A DNA stretch of 64,000 nucleotides, from the NCBI GenBank assembly GCA_964016885.1, contig OZ024740.1, positions 107,632,001 through 107,696,000 on the forward strand, given 5' to 3'. Shown piece by piece: positions 14,200-27,387 of this stretch (the stretch's first letter is position 1; each line of letters starts with the position of its first letter). Below the pieces are notes generated by a model. It saw nothing but the letters and a program-made list of their open reading frames with translations. It was not told the DNA's origin and did not search any database. Both the position numbers and the translations under genes were made by a program. Source of the DNA: Eledone cirrhosa. Its lineage: Eukaryota.

Positions 14200-14810
14200 A
14201 AAATTTGGCAGAATTCGTCCTCCACATTCCTCTATATGTTGGCTTAGAGAGATCTTTCTGATGTGTAGAACCTTGATTTGTGATCTATCATTTATATTTG
14301 GAGTGAAGTGCCTGTTTGTCCAATATAATGTTCATGGCAGCCTTTACACATTATGATGTATATTAGATTCTCCAAGTTGCAGGAAAAGTCATTTTTAATT
14401 TTAATGATGGGACCGTCTTTGAAATTAAATTCATTGCCTTCTAACAGATAGTTTCTTACTCTGCAGTGAGGTTGATTGCATCGTTTTACTTCAGGTTCTT
14501 TTATAATGGTTTGTAACTTTGCATTCATTAATATCTTTTTTATAGTGATTTTGGCAGTCATTTACTTTTTCTGATTGGGTATTTTTGGAAGATGTTTTTC
14601 ATTTTCTTGTCCTTTAGTAAGATAGATAAGTTTAGTTCTATGTGTGTGTATATCTCTGTGCTCTTTGGATTGTAAGTTGAAATCTACGGTATGACTTTTT
14701 TTTCTTGTTTTGTTTTTGTTTCTCAGAGTGTTTGGATATTGATTTGATTTGCTTTTCGAATACTATTGTTGCTTAAATTCTGAGGATATTTTCTCTTATG
14801 TCATGATAAA
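14200..14810 (-). mobile_element. Penelope-like GIY-YIG endonuclease remnant (second family)
   Basis: ORF 14292-14561: C..P.C..., FSCNLENLIYIIMCKGCHEHYIGQTG. Confidence 0.8.
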
Positions 14811-15011
14811 TCTCCCTAGTGTTAGTGCCTTGATAAAGTGCAGTTAATGGAACATGGGAACACTTTGTAAGTGAAATGCTTAGTCTTGGCTATACAAGAA
14901 CCCTGTACAGTGTGGAAATATAAGTAAGTGAGATGCAGTCCCCTGGCCCATCTGAGAGGTCTGTAGTCCCACATTAGTACTGACTCAGTCAGTGGAAACA
15001 TGTCCAACCCT

Positions 15012-15071
<60 letters not shown>

Positions 15072-15176
15072 TCATCATCACCATTTTTACGTCCATTGTT
15101 CCATGCTAGCATGGGTTAGACAGGTCTTGTTGTGGGCAGTGTCTGGTCGGCTGACCTTGTCTTGCCCATACGAGAA

Positions 15177-15223
<47 letters not shown>

Positions 15224-15575
15224 CATATATATATCATCATCACCATCATCATTTAACGTCTATCTTCCACGCTAGCATGGGTTAGATGGATTTGTCCCAT
15301 TTGAGGCAAGTTTGGTTTGGTGACCATATCTCGCTTGTATAGGACTGTTTCTGGCTGGATGCCCTTCCTAACACACACACACACACACATATAACATATT
15401 AAACTTAAGCCAAAATCCCAATTTGTTGGGATATAAGCTTCTTGTTCTTTTTCTTGAGTCATTCCTCTTTCGAAGGTAAAGCATTTTCTTCCTCTTTTTC
15501 TAATGACTAGAATATATGAGGCTCACCACACCTGCATATATATAAGCTAAACAAATTAAAATAAATCAGTTTTAC

Positions 15576-15602
15576 TCATAATTTGATTCCCAACCATGGT
15601 TT
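15576..15602 (-). CDS. BICC1: Candidate 27-nt Bicaudal-C micro-exon
   Basis: ttgtttcttaattctag|AAACCATGGTTGGGAATCAAATTATGA|gtaaaa; phase 2-2, reads (Q)NHGWESNY(D) without a stop. Confidence 0.6.
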   Translation of the reverse strand, partial: KPWLGIKL

Positions 15603-15861
15603 CTAGAATTAAGAAACAACATTAATTATTTCAATCCATTAAAATAATCATAACCAATATTGGAAGAATTATTCCGTCTTCAGGTTGAAATTTTTTGGAA
15701 GCAGAGAAAATATTGAATAAATAGCATACAGACCATGTTGTTTTGAAACTGGATGGTGTGTCATCATTGAACTACTAAATGAACATATATCCCTTGCAAA
15801 CAAATTGAATATTATTATTATTCAATATAAAACTCATGAATGCATATATATAATTATATAT

Positions 15862-16745
15862 ACTAGCTGGACCAGTGAAAAATTCACGGATAATTTCCTC
15901 TCTCTAAATATATTAACCCCCCCTCCCTCTATATATAAACCCATCCCTTTTTCTATATATTAAAACCACCCTCTCTATATATTATAACACCCCCTCTCTC
16001 TATATATATATTTAACCCCCTCTCTCTATATATATTTAACCCTCCTTTCTCTATATTATAAGCCCCTCTCTCTATATTATAATCCCTTCTCTTTATATAT
16101 TATAACCCATCCCTTTCTCTATATTATAACCACCTCTCTCTAAATATATTATAACCCCCCATCTCTCTCCTTTCCAAACGTTGCAACATTCTTTGATTTT
16201 CTTTCGCCATAGATTGTTTGCCACCCCACTTCCATTGGTTTAGCACGTCTCACGGACGTCATTCGACTTTTATTTATATTACTGAAAGCGTGACACACGC
16301 AGTCGGACGTATGGTACGGTGCGTAGGTATTAGCGTATTAATATATTGGTGGGTGTGTGTGTGTGTGTGTGTGTGTGTATATTGGCTAACAGTGGGCCTT
16401 TTCTTGCTTCCATCTCACTCACGTCGGACGTCTGTACTAATCGCTCATGAAATCCACCCAGCTTATGCTGACCAGGACTACCATGTTGCTTATTTATTTC
16501 CTTTCTTTGGTTTGTTTTTATCCTTCTAAGTTGTTCACTTGTCCCCCTCGCTTTACACGATTACTGGTCCTAATAACTTTGTTTAGCTTATTGCTCGCAC
16601 CAACCTGAGGTATCTGATTTTTAATGCGATGAAATACCAATGATGGTTGGCAAATCACTGACGAAGGACTATTTTTATCATATGTAACCCATGTGCAAGC
16701 CACGCAGTATTCTTCTTTCTTCTCATGTTTTATATATATATATAT
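15862..16745 (-). mobile_element. Helitron-like non-autonomous element
   Basis: CTAG at 15863-15866 next to a hairpin (CCAGTGAA-AAA-TTCACGG); internal (CCCCTCTCTATATATT)-like repeats 15895-16165; AT-rich opposite end. Confidence 0.4.
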
Positions 16746-16781
16746 ATAAGTGTTAAATAGGCAAACTGACAGATTACTTAC

Positions 16782-16923
16782 TGAAGAGAAGATGCTAGTT
16801 CTCCGTTTGGAATATTTGACTGTAATTTAGTCATAGGTGAAGAAGGTTTACCAAGGTCAAGTAAACCTAAGGTCAGGTCATTGTTAAACATGTTATTGAA
16901 TTTACTGGAATACTGAAAATCAA
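16782..16923 (-). CDS. BICC1: Bicaudal-C linker exon
   Basis: Polypyrimidine tract + ttcag|TT...CA|gtaagt; (V)DFQYSSKFNNMFNNDLTLGLLDLGKPSSPMTKLQSNIPNGELASSL; 142 nt, phase 1 to 2, needed to join the flanking phases. Confidence 0.8.
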
Positions 16924-16957
16924 CTGAAATACAAGACAGAAAACAACTTTATATATA

Positions 16958-17010
<53 letters not shown>

Positions 17011-17082
17011 AATATATTACATTTAAAAGTATATATGTCATGTTTGAGATAATCTCGAACACGCGCCTTATCACCATAGAAA

Positions 17083-17132
<50 letters not shown>

Positions 17133-17133
<1 letters not shown>

Positions 17134-17932
17134 GGGTAAGAATGGGATGGAAGGAGTTCAGGGAGCTACTGCCACTGCTAGCTGCAAAAGGCTTTTCCCT
17201 CAAAATGAAAGGCAGACTGTATGATGCGTGTATACGAACAGCAATGTTACATGGTAGTGAGACCTGGGTGCTGTCTGTGGAAGACTTGTGCAGATTAGAA
17301 AGAAATGAAGCCTGCATGCTCCGATGGATGTGTAATAGTAATATACACGAACGACAAAGTATAAATGAATTGAAAGAGAGACTGAGCATAAGAGGAATCA
17401 AATGCTGTGTGCAGGAGAGGCGGTTGCATTGGTATGGACATGTGATGCGTATGAAGGATGACAGCTGCATAAAAAGGTGCAGAGCACTAGAAGTCAATGG
17501 AAACCACGGATTGGGGAGACCCAAGAAGACCTGGGATGAGGTGATAAAAGCCGACCTTACCCAATTGTACCTCTCAAAGGCGATGACACAGGACTGTGAC
17601 ATCTGGCGTCACGCAGTAATACAGAAGAACCGAGCCCCACAGGAACAAGCCGAAGCTGAAGCATATAGACAATATGCCCTCACACCCTCCCACAGCAGAA
17701 AAGCACCCAGCCCACACTATAAAGTGGACGTGTAGGCGTCATGGAAAAAAGCACCCAGCACTCACTGTAAATGAGGTTGGTGTTAGGAAGGGCATCCAGC
17801 TGTAGAAATCAAGCCAAAATCAGTTCCCGTATGAGCAAGACAAGGTCAGCCGACCGGACACTACCCACAACAGGACAACCCGTCTAACCCATGCTAGCGT
17901 GGAAGAACGGACTTAAAACGGTGATGATGATA
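17133..17932 (+). mobile_element. 5'-truncated RTE-clade LINE, second subfamily
   Basis: RVRMGWKEFRELLPLL...RRLHWYGHVMR...GRPKKTW; 3' UTR and GAT tail; inserted in (TA)n. Confidence 0.92.
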
Positions 17933-17954
17933 TATATATACACACATATATGTG

Positions 17955-18200
17955 GAGGAACATGGCCTAGTGGTAAGAGTGTTGCACTTACGATCATAAT
18001 GTCATGGGTTCGATTCCTGGGCTGGGTTGTGTTCTTGAGCAAAACACTTCATTTCACATTGCTCCAGTATACTCAGCTGAACATGAGTACCAACAATAGC
18101 TGGAGGTTTAACCCTATGATGGACTGGCGTCCTATCCGGGATGGGGAAGTCTTGTACCGAGATAAGCACTGGCCAAATGAGCCTTCTGGCTTAAGACAGA
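17955..18200 (+). mobile_element. Diverged tRNA-derived SINE
   Basis: A box TGGCCTAGTGG, B box GGTTCGATTCC, followed by TTCTTGAGCAAAACACTT core. Confidence 0.75.
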
Positions 18201-18365
18201 CATATATACATCATCATCATTTAACGTCTATTTTCCACGCTAAGATGGGTTTGTCTCATTAGACGCAAGTTGAGTCAGGTGACCGTGTCTCGCTACATAT
18301 ATATACATATATACACATGTATATACATATATATATACATGTATATACATTATATAGATATATAT

Positions 18366-18438
<73 letters not shown>

Positions 18439-18459
18439 CACACATACACACATATATAG

Positions 18460-18910
18460 CATGATTAGAAGTCCCAAGTCAACAATCGAAACCAAAAGTA
18501 AGCTGTTTAATGACATATGGAAGTGAGACATGGACACTCAACATCACCACTGTAGAGATTCTTGCGGTGACCCAACGTAAAATGGAGTGAATCATGCTTG
18601 ACATCACCTTATGGGACAAGAATGGCAACACCTAGATTCAACAGCAGCCAGGAATGAAGGACATAATTGAGACCATCAAGAAAAGCAAAGATAGATGGGC
18701 TGGCGGCGTCTCTCGGTTCAGAGACAAAAGGTGGACTATTCGAATGACAGAGTGGACACCAAGGCAGTGGAGAGGAACCTGACAGAAACCAGAAGCCAGA
18801 TGGCATGACAATCTGACCCAATATCTCGGCATCATATGGCCCAATATGGTCAGAGATAGGAAGCGGTGGAGGTCAACTAGATAAGGGTTCCTCCAACAGG
18901 AGCAACAAGG
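18460..18910 (+). mobile_element. Old RTE-like LINE 3' fragment
   Basis: Degenerate AGATGGGCTGG / GAGTGGACACCAAG (RWAG...EWTPR) C-terminal motifs with frameshifts. Confidence 0.55.
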
Positions 18911-18950
18911 CCTTGGATTTTGTGTGTATGTATATAAATATGTATGTATA

Positions 18951-19011
<61 letters not shown>

Positions 19012-19279
19012 TCATCATCATCACTGTTTAACGTCAATTTTTTCATGCTGGCATGGGTTAGATGAGTTATCCTGTTGTGAGCAATGCTAGGTCATGCTCA
19101 TACAGAACCGATTTTGGCTTGATTTCTACAGCTGGATGCCTTTACAACCTTATTTACAGTGAGTAGTGGCTGTTTTTTGTCATGGCGCCTACACAACCAC
19201 TTTACAGTATGGACTGGGTGCTTTTGCTATGACACCTACACATCCACTTTATGTATATATATATACATATATATATATA

Positions 19280-19541
19280 TGTTGGTAAACGGAATAGAAA
19301 ATGCTGACAAATTGTTCATCTGAGCAAACATCGCGGACGCTCTATCTCAAAATTATTTTTGAAAAGCATTAGAAATGCGCAACCGGTAAAACTTAAAACC
19401 AAAACTGAATACTAACCAATACAATTACTAATTCTCACTTATTCCTATTTAAACTATTTTTCACTGTGAACAATTTGTCAGCATTTTCTATTCCGTTTAC
19501 CAATATATAATAACTTGTGTGTTACACCTCTATTCTTTTAA
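19280..19541 (+). mobile_element. Short fold-back element (family A), short inverted arm
   Basis: 19281-19318 is the reverse complement of ~19467-19504; body matches 21400-21634; in (TA)n. Confidence 0.8.
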
Positions 19542-19572
<31 letters not shown>

Positions 19573-20551
19573 TAAGAAAATCTGAACTACAAGTGAAATG
19601 TGGATGCTTAAAGCTGCAGTAAAGACAATCCATCTAGGAGAGCAAAACAATTATACAGTGCAGACTTGAAACCTCTCTAGGTCTTGTGCAATAAAATGTG
19701 CCCAGTACACTCTCTAAAATGGTTGGTATTAAAAAGAGTATGCAGCCAATAAAACCCAGTCAAAAGTATGAATAATGCATATATTCACACACATACATAC
19801 ATACATATATATATAAACTGAGTTATTTAATTTGTTGATTATTCAACAAAGTTAATTTATAACAGATTAGAAGCACTCAACAGATTTCTTCTGCAGTATA
19901 ATATTTATTTAATTCTTTCTATACCCATGTAGATATGTTCGGACATATATATGCATATTTCTATAAATATTCTGAAAGAGGCTTTAGTTATTTTTTTTTT
20001 ATTTTTTATTCAATTTTTTTTTTCTTCAATTTTAATCGGAAACCTCTCTTTTAAAAAATAATTGTGATAATTATTTAAATATATATAGCGTCTAAACATA
20101 ATGGTCCTTTTAACGTTATCCTCATTTTAAAGATTTATTCACTATCTACATTGAACTCATAACATTAAGTTCATATGTCGATATGTCATTATCTGTAAAC
20201 CAAATATTGTATTTTATCTGACAATAGTGTACCAAAATACTGGTACCCTTGAAATATGTGTAATAAAATAAATATGGTTTTATAAAGATATTTTCCATTT
20301 ATTAATATTATTGATATTATATATATAATTAAGTTTACAGAGAAAAAGAAAAAGTACTCAATACAGAAGTAGAACGTAAACATTTTTGTTGTGTTAAAAT
20401 ACCTCTCTATTACTATTGAGGGTACATTATTTCTACATTATTTTTATACAAAGACATACAGACACACATACATTTTTATGCATTCATATACACACTCACA
20501 CGCACCGATAAACACCCACCCACACACACACACCGATAAACACACACACAC

Positions 20552-20612
<61 letters not shown>

Positions 20613-21027
20613 AAGTGACTGAGGGGAGAGAGGGAGAGATGAGAAAGAAAACAGAAAAATGTTCCACGAATAACCAAAATCAGCTGAGAAAATATCTACA
20701 TTTTGCTGAATTCTAAATAATGAAGTTTAATAAACAACATAAACAACAGTTAAAAGAAGTATAAATTATAAAAATATGAGAGTTCAGTTGAGCTACAAGA
20801 TATCTGTTTGTTGACAGCAGTTTCATTTAGTCAGTGTAAGTATTTAATATAGAGCAACCCGAGGCAATGTGTGAAAGTAATTTATAAATTAACTGGTACA
20901 TAACCTGTTGTTTTACACAACGAATAATAAGTATTTGGTTTCTACTTCAAATTGTAAATTGTAACAAAGCCATGTTTTTAAAATCTGTCTGTCTGCCTCC
21001 CCCTCCTCACTCTCTCTCTCTCTCTCC

Positions 21028-21058
<31 letters not shown>

Positions 21059-21216
21059 AAGAGAAAGAGATTGGATGATTCAGTAGATTTGTGGTTTACC
21101 AAAGAAGGTACCAATATTAGCACTCCATGGTATAGCAGAGTGTATATATTAAGAACAAATCAAGGTTTCACATTGAGGTTTTTATTGATTAGGCTCAGTT
21201 ATATATATATATATAT

Positions 21217-21634
21217 ATTGGTAAACAGAATAGAAAATGCTGACAAATTGTTCACAGTTGAAAAATGGTTTAATTAGGAATAAAAGAGTATTAGTGATTG
21301 TATGGGTTAGTATTCAGTTGTGGTTTTAAGTTTTTAAGTTTTTACCGGTTGCGCATTTCTAAATGCTTTTCAAAAATAATGTCTGTGCTGTTTGCCCAGA
21401 TCAGAGCAAACAGCACGGACACTCTATCTCAAAATTATTTTTGAAAAGCATTTAGAAATGCGCAACCGGTAAAAACTTAAAAACTTAAAACCACAACTGA
21501 ATACTAACCCATACAATCACTAATACTCTTTTATTCCTAATTAAACCATTTTTCAACTGTGAACAATTTGTCAGCATTTTCTATTCCGTTTACCAATATA
21601 TAATAACTTGTGTGTTACACCTCTATTCTTTTAA
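21217..21634 (+). mobile_element. Fold-back element (family A), ~165-bp inverted arms
   Basis: 21217-21380 is the reverse complement of 21434-21598; spacer has a 15-bp hairpin; ~35-nt unpaired tail; (TA)n flanks. Confidence 0.85.
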
Positions 21635-22551
21635 CTATATATATATATATATATATAATTGGTACTACGGCTCTTAGATTCATCAGTAGAGCTTATTATT
21701 ATGTTGAAAGGTATCGGCTCTTATTTCTATCTGCCAATAAATCTATTCATGCTACTGGCTTGACAGCTGGGCAATGTGTGTTTTTTTAAAATCACATGTG
21801 CTTTTACACTGTTATACCTGGATTTGCTTTGAGTGTGTAATCATACACACCGATGATCCAAGATTTGACATTTATGATTCACTGATTAATGGTGAAATAT
21901 ATTTCTTCAATGGAATATATACAAAAGAGATTAATCATTATTGCGAAGTATCTATATTCAAAGTTCTTGTTTAATTTTTAATATGTTACCTCCGTAACTA
22001 TTTGTCGTTATGCTCTTTAAAAATTATCCCCTGTAATTGTTTGATGTGTTTATTTTATATATATATATCATCCTACTTTTGATTTAATATAAATGCTCCG
22101 ATTTACTACTTGGAATCTTTGAGCATATTCCACAGGTGGTATGGCACATGATTCTGATATTCTCAGACATGACATCCTTAATATAATTTTGGTATATATA
22201 TATATAGGTGGATTGGTGATGTAGATTGGGAGGTGACCACAATTAAAAAGATATTCTATATGTTAGTAGAGTATAGGCATATTTATCTTATAGAAATTAC
22301 TTCTACAGGACTAGAACGGTTTCATTCATAAGAAATCATCAAGAGAGTCTTGTGTGTGTGTGTGTGTATATAGAAGGAGGATGTTTTCTTGACTTATAGA
22401 AAAGTAGAAAGTAGAAAAGTAGAAAGTAAAAAAAATTACCTGGAATATCACAATGATTTTGAATGAGACTTGGTGATATATTTTCATTGGGGATTTGATT
22501 ACCTTGAATGGGAAAAAACAAAATATTATTGAATCAAATTCTCTCTCACAA

Positions 22552-22775
22552 TCCAAAATAGTGCAAGTGTGCAAGTGTAAAATAGTGCGAGTGCAAAATA
22601 GTGTAAGTGTAAAATAGTGTGAATGCAAGTGTAAAATAATGCGAGTGCAAAATAGTGTAAGTGTAAAATAGTGTGAATGCAAGTGTAAAATAATGCGAGT
22701 GCAAAATAGTGTAAGTGTAAAATAGTGTGAATGCAAGTGTAAAATAATGCAAGTGTAAAATAGTGCAAGTGCAAA
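22552..22775. repeat. Minisatellite, ~57-bp period built from AAAATAGTG(T/C)AAGTG subunits
   Basis: Visible tandem periodicity; explains ORFs 22326-22822. Confidence 0.9.
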
Positions 22776-23097
22776 GATAAGAAAATGATTAAATAAAAAA
22801 TAATTAGTAAAATACACTCCATGGCAAAATGTTCTGCTTAAAATATGTCATCTATAGTTTATTACATGATTGATTACTAAAGTAAAGCAGTTGATTTGGT
22901 AGAACTGTTAGAGGATTGAAAATGTGCGTCTTGACTCTCTGAACTCTGAGCTCAAATGCTACTCAGGTATATTTTGCCATTTATTCATTTGGGGATCAAT
23001 AAGAAAATTCCAGAGTTCAGAGAGTCAAAACAGATACCAGAAATTATTTCACCTATAGTTTTTAATAGATTCTTGTAAAAATTTGCAATCATTTTTC

Positions 23098-23462
23098 ATC
23101 ATTTTACGTCCGCTTTTCCCTGCTTGCAAGGGTGGGATGGGAACTGATTCTGGCTTGATTTCTACAGCTGGATGCCCTTCCTAACACCAACCTCATTTAC
23201 AGTAAGTGCTGGGTGCTTTTTTTCCATGGCGCCTACACGTCCACTTTACAGTGTGGGCTGGGTGCTTTTTTGCCGTGGCACCTCCACGACCACTTTGCAG
23301 TGGAATGTAGGGACTCCAGTCCTATCATCTCATTTCTACAGCTGAGTAAACTGGAGCAATGTGAAATAGTGTCTTGCTCAAGGAAAAAACACATCACCCG
23401 GTCTGAGAATTGAACTTACAACCTTTCGATTGCAGGCCCAATGCTCTAACCATGTGCCTCCA
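23098..23462 (-). mobile_element. tRNA-derived SINE with RTE-derived 3' tail (young family)
   Basis: Reverse complement of 26689-27015, with an extra RTE-UTR segment. Confidence 0.9.
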
Positions 23463-24081
23463 TATAATATTAAACTAAATATTTTAATATCTGATGTGAT
23501 GCAGTGAATTATGCTAAAAACATAGTGTTACATACACATGCAACAACAACAACAACAACAACACGTGTTGTAAGGCTATCTTCCCTGTTAAAGAAGGGGT
23601 TAGCCTTGCAGGCCCTACAAGCTCCCCCCACCCCATTGTTTGCAAACCCCATCATCAACCTTCTGGTTTTCATTTCCTCTACATTTATTTTCACCACTCT
23701 TCTCACCCAATTACTTTCATCCTTTCCCATCACAACCATCTCATTCCATTTCTCTTCACAACATTCATCACTGCCTCTAGTCCTCTCATCCAGTAACTTT
23801 TATCCTTCCTCAACACATGACCTAGCCATTTCATTCCATTTCCCTTTACAACAAAAATTTAATAAATACAATGCAAATAGTAACTCACATTATTACAAAC
23901 ATCACAAAACATCTTCAAAGGCAAAATATACTTATTAGCTATTATTCACTTATTAAATTGTCAATATTCTTCATCAACTATTTTTTAAAGTAGTGAATAC
24001 AAGAGGGAACATTAACTGATATGTTTCAACAACACACTAAAGACAAGGAGGACACAGTCCACTGAAACAGTCATCAACACA

Positions 24082-24283
24082 TACAAGAGTCTGATGAAAA
24101 GTTCATAGGCTGGCTATGAAGGATAGATGCTAGGGCTGTGAAATCTTGCATGCAATAATTTCAACTCTTCTTATTAATAACTGCATTGTTCCTCTCCAGG
24201 GACGATGTTGAAAAATAAACCTCATTTGGTCATTCCATGAGAGTATCTTGGTCAGCTTATGAACTTTTCAGCTGACCCATGTA
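24082..24283 (-). mobile_element. Tc1/mariner MITE
   Basis: Inverted copy of 60495-60694; TIR-like ends GATGAAAAGTTCATAGGC / GCTTATGAACTTTTCAG. Confidence 0.75.
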
Positions 24284-25185
24284 CTCATCCTCTCGTACAT
24301 TATTTTATCAAACCTACAGTGGCCCTGCCATTACCATATTTCTAATGAAAGGAACTGCTTACCATTTTCAAATCATTTTGAAAATATCAAGAATTTGGAG
24401 GGATTTAGTAATGTAACTAACTTCCTCATAAAGTTGATACTTGGAATATAACTTATCAAAGGTTCTTACATAAAAATTATGATGGAAGTATTTTTAGATA
24501 AATATAAACACGGATGAATACCACTACATACATTTCCCATTGATGGATACCTCTGAACAACCAATTAAACTGTTATTTGAATTAATATTTTCTTCACTTT
24601 TATTTACATAAATTACTGAAAGATTAACAATTTGCAGTTCATGATTTACTAATTAGTTAATTTTGTCTTGAACAAGCTAGCCTATTTATAATTGATTGCT
24701 CTACTAAAATTAATAACTAAATCCAAACATGCCCTACCACCTTGATATAAAAGAGAAGAAAATGAGATTTCATGGCCTTTGATTATAGGTCTGCTGAATC
24801 AGGGCTGAACTGGGGTAGTGACCAAAGAATGAACACACGGAGTCCTTTTACTCTACTACAGTAGGGGTTAGCCTTGTAGGTTCACATAGGGTCTTTTTTG
24901 AAAATATTTTATGGCTAGATGCTTTTCCTGGAGCCAATCCTTTTAGTCACCTCTTACAACATGCAGGTATCTCTTATAAACTGGACATACACAGAGTAAC
25001 CACACACACACACAGAGTAACCAGACACATACAATAATAACCATACACAAACCATAACTGGACACACACTAATCAAATACACACAGTAATAAAACACACA
25101 GCAACCAGACATACACAGTAACTAAACCAGAAACACACACACACAGAGTTACCAAAGAATGAATGTCAGTAAATGTTTTCTTTAC

Positions 25186-25353
25186 CTTGATCTGTATTAG
25201 TAGATGTGGTTGGAATAGTTTGGCAGGCTGAGCCATTAGTCTGGTTAGTGTATCCTTTGTGGAGACCATTACGCTGTGAGAAAATATCTAATGTTGAAGG
25301 TATGGAGTTTTGACTAGCTGGGTTTATTACCATCATACGGTGACCATACACAC
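25186..25353 (-). CDS. BICC1: Bicaudal-C linker exon
   Basis: ccag|GT...AAG|gtaaag; VYGHRMMVINPASQNSIPSTLDIFSQRNG...STNTDQ; 168 nt, phase 1-1. Confidence 0.78.
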
Positions 25354-26688
25354 CTGGTGAAGACAAAAATAAATTTAAATATTAAATGGGGAAAACTGCA
25401 ATGTTGTCAGTAATTGCAGGTAGAAGAACGTGAGGAAGGACATGGTGGAAAAATGTTTAAACAATATTTGAAATTTAACAAACAATACAGTGAAAGTTAC
25501 TTATAACACTTTTAAATAACAATAGCAGACTGTTAACATTAATCAAATAAAGAGGTTAGAATTGACTAATTTTGATATCAATAATTGACTGATAATTATC
25601 AGTCAATTATTGATATCAAAATTAGTAATATTATAATATTAAAATTTTTGTTGCCTTGCCATATTTCTCATGAAAAACACTGCCTATCATTACATCAGTT
25701 ATCAAGTCCAGAGTACTCAAACTATATGGTTATATAAACAGATCAACTCATGGTGTGAGTAGGCTATGCCTGGAATGAAGGTTGGCTGGTAAGAGAATCA
25801 GAGGCTGGCAGCCAAAATGATGGCTTGATAATGTCAACCTATGGACTGGACTTGATCTTTGCTCTTTAAACTCTGCTGTTGGTGGTCGAACTTTGTGGAG
25901 AAAAATATCTCATGTTGATGCATAGTCTGCAACTGGTGGAGTTTAGTGTCAAGAAAAATAATTTTAAAATAATTTTGAAAATAATCAAGTATTTGGAGGG
26001 ATTTAGTAATATAACTTTCTTGTATTTTAGCTGATATTTAGAACATAATTTAACAAAAGTTCTTACATGAAATTATAATAGAAAGTCTATAGATGAATAT
26101 AAACACTTTAAGATAAATATCTTAACATTGTGTAGCCAGAGACAGTTTCATGTTAAGAAAGAATTAACATATGGCTTGTATAGAAAATTAGATACCTTAT
26201 TACAGTCCAGGTCAGTTCTGGGTGATGATTACTGAGTTGTAGAAAATGCAAGTGTCTTTTGTGGTTACAGAAACGGAAAAGGAAGGCAAGGGCTCTAGGG
26301 TCACATGTGGTTTGGTATCATCATCATCATCGTTTAATGCCTATCTTCCACGCTAGCATGGGTTCAAAAGAACTAATAAACAGTCTTTCTGAACAGACTC
26401 TATATAGAAGTTATTTTGATATGATTGTCAAGTGTGTCTGATATTGTCAAATTTAATAACAGTGTCTGTGCTATTAAAAAATGAAAAATATTGCATGCCT
26501 CTCTTCATAGAAAGATATGATCTAGATATCTTATGAAGAAGGCGCAGTAGTGACATGTACGTACAAAGTACCTTAAATTTCAACATGTCCATACACTAGC
26601 TATAGTGGCCTCAAGTTTATTTCTAAACATTGAAACAAGCTTGCATATATGAGTATATCAATAAAAAAATCAAAATGTAGTTCAAAAT

Positions 26689-27037
26689 GGAGGCACATGG
26701 CTTAGTGGTTAGAGCATTGGGCTTGCAATCGAAAGGTTGTGAGTTCAATTCTCAGACCGGGTGATGTGTTGTTTCCTTGAGCAAGACACTTTATTTCACA
26801 TTGCTCCAGTTTACTCAGCTGTAGAAATGAGATGATAGGGACTGGGGTCCATATCATTCCACTGCAAAGTGGTTGTGGAGGTGCCACGGCAAAAAAGCAC
26901 CCAGCACTCACTGTAAATGAGGTTGGTGTTAGGAAGGGCATCCAGCTGTAGAAATCAAGCCAGAATCAGTTCCTGTCCCACCCTTGCAAGCAGGGAAAAG
27001 CGGACGTAAAATGAAATAAAATGAAAATGAAATGAAA
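26689..27037 (+). mobile_element. tRNA-derived SINE with RTE-derived 3' tail (young family)
   Basis: GGAGGCACATGGCTTAGTGG (A box), GAGTTCAATTC (B box), CORE-like CCTTGAGCAAGACACTT; 3' end GTTGGTGTTAGGAAGGGCATCCAGCTGTAGAAA shared with the RTE UTR; (AATGA)n tail. Confidence 0.92.
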
Positions 27038-27387
27038 GTTCACAATATAGCCCTTTTTATACCAAACTGACTGAAACTGCCCCTAGTTATATGATATTAA
27101 GTTGTTCATTTTAAAGTGTTTATATTTATCTAAATCTTTCCATCATAATTTTGTGCAAGAACTTCAGTTATATTCCAAACACCAGCTTAACTAGAAAGTT
27201 AATTATCACACTAAATCCCTCCAAATTCTTGATTATTTTCTAATCTATTTGAAAACCATTAAAAATATGGAGACAAAAGTGTTAAAGTGTTTATATTTAT
27301 CTAAAAACCTTTCATCATAATTGCATGCAAGAACCATTTAGTTATGTTCCAAACATAAGCTTAATAAGAAAATTAGTTATATTACTA

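Noticed and set aside
21660-21745. CTGATGA on the minus strand at 21680-21686 as a hammerhead
   Set aside because: No correctly spaced GAAA and stem III on the same strand
25750-25945. Weak similarity (CAACATGAGATATTTTTCTCCACAAAG on the minus strand) to exon 25186-25353, suggesting a duplicated exon
   Set aside because: Match is short and AT-rich, and I could not define phase-compatible splice sites
26689-26760. tRNA gene
   Set aside because: No proper acceptor stem; continues into a SINE body found in several copies
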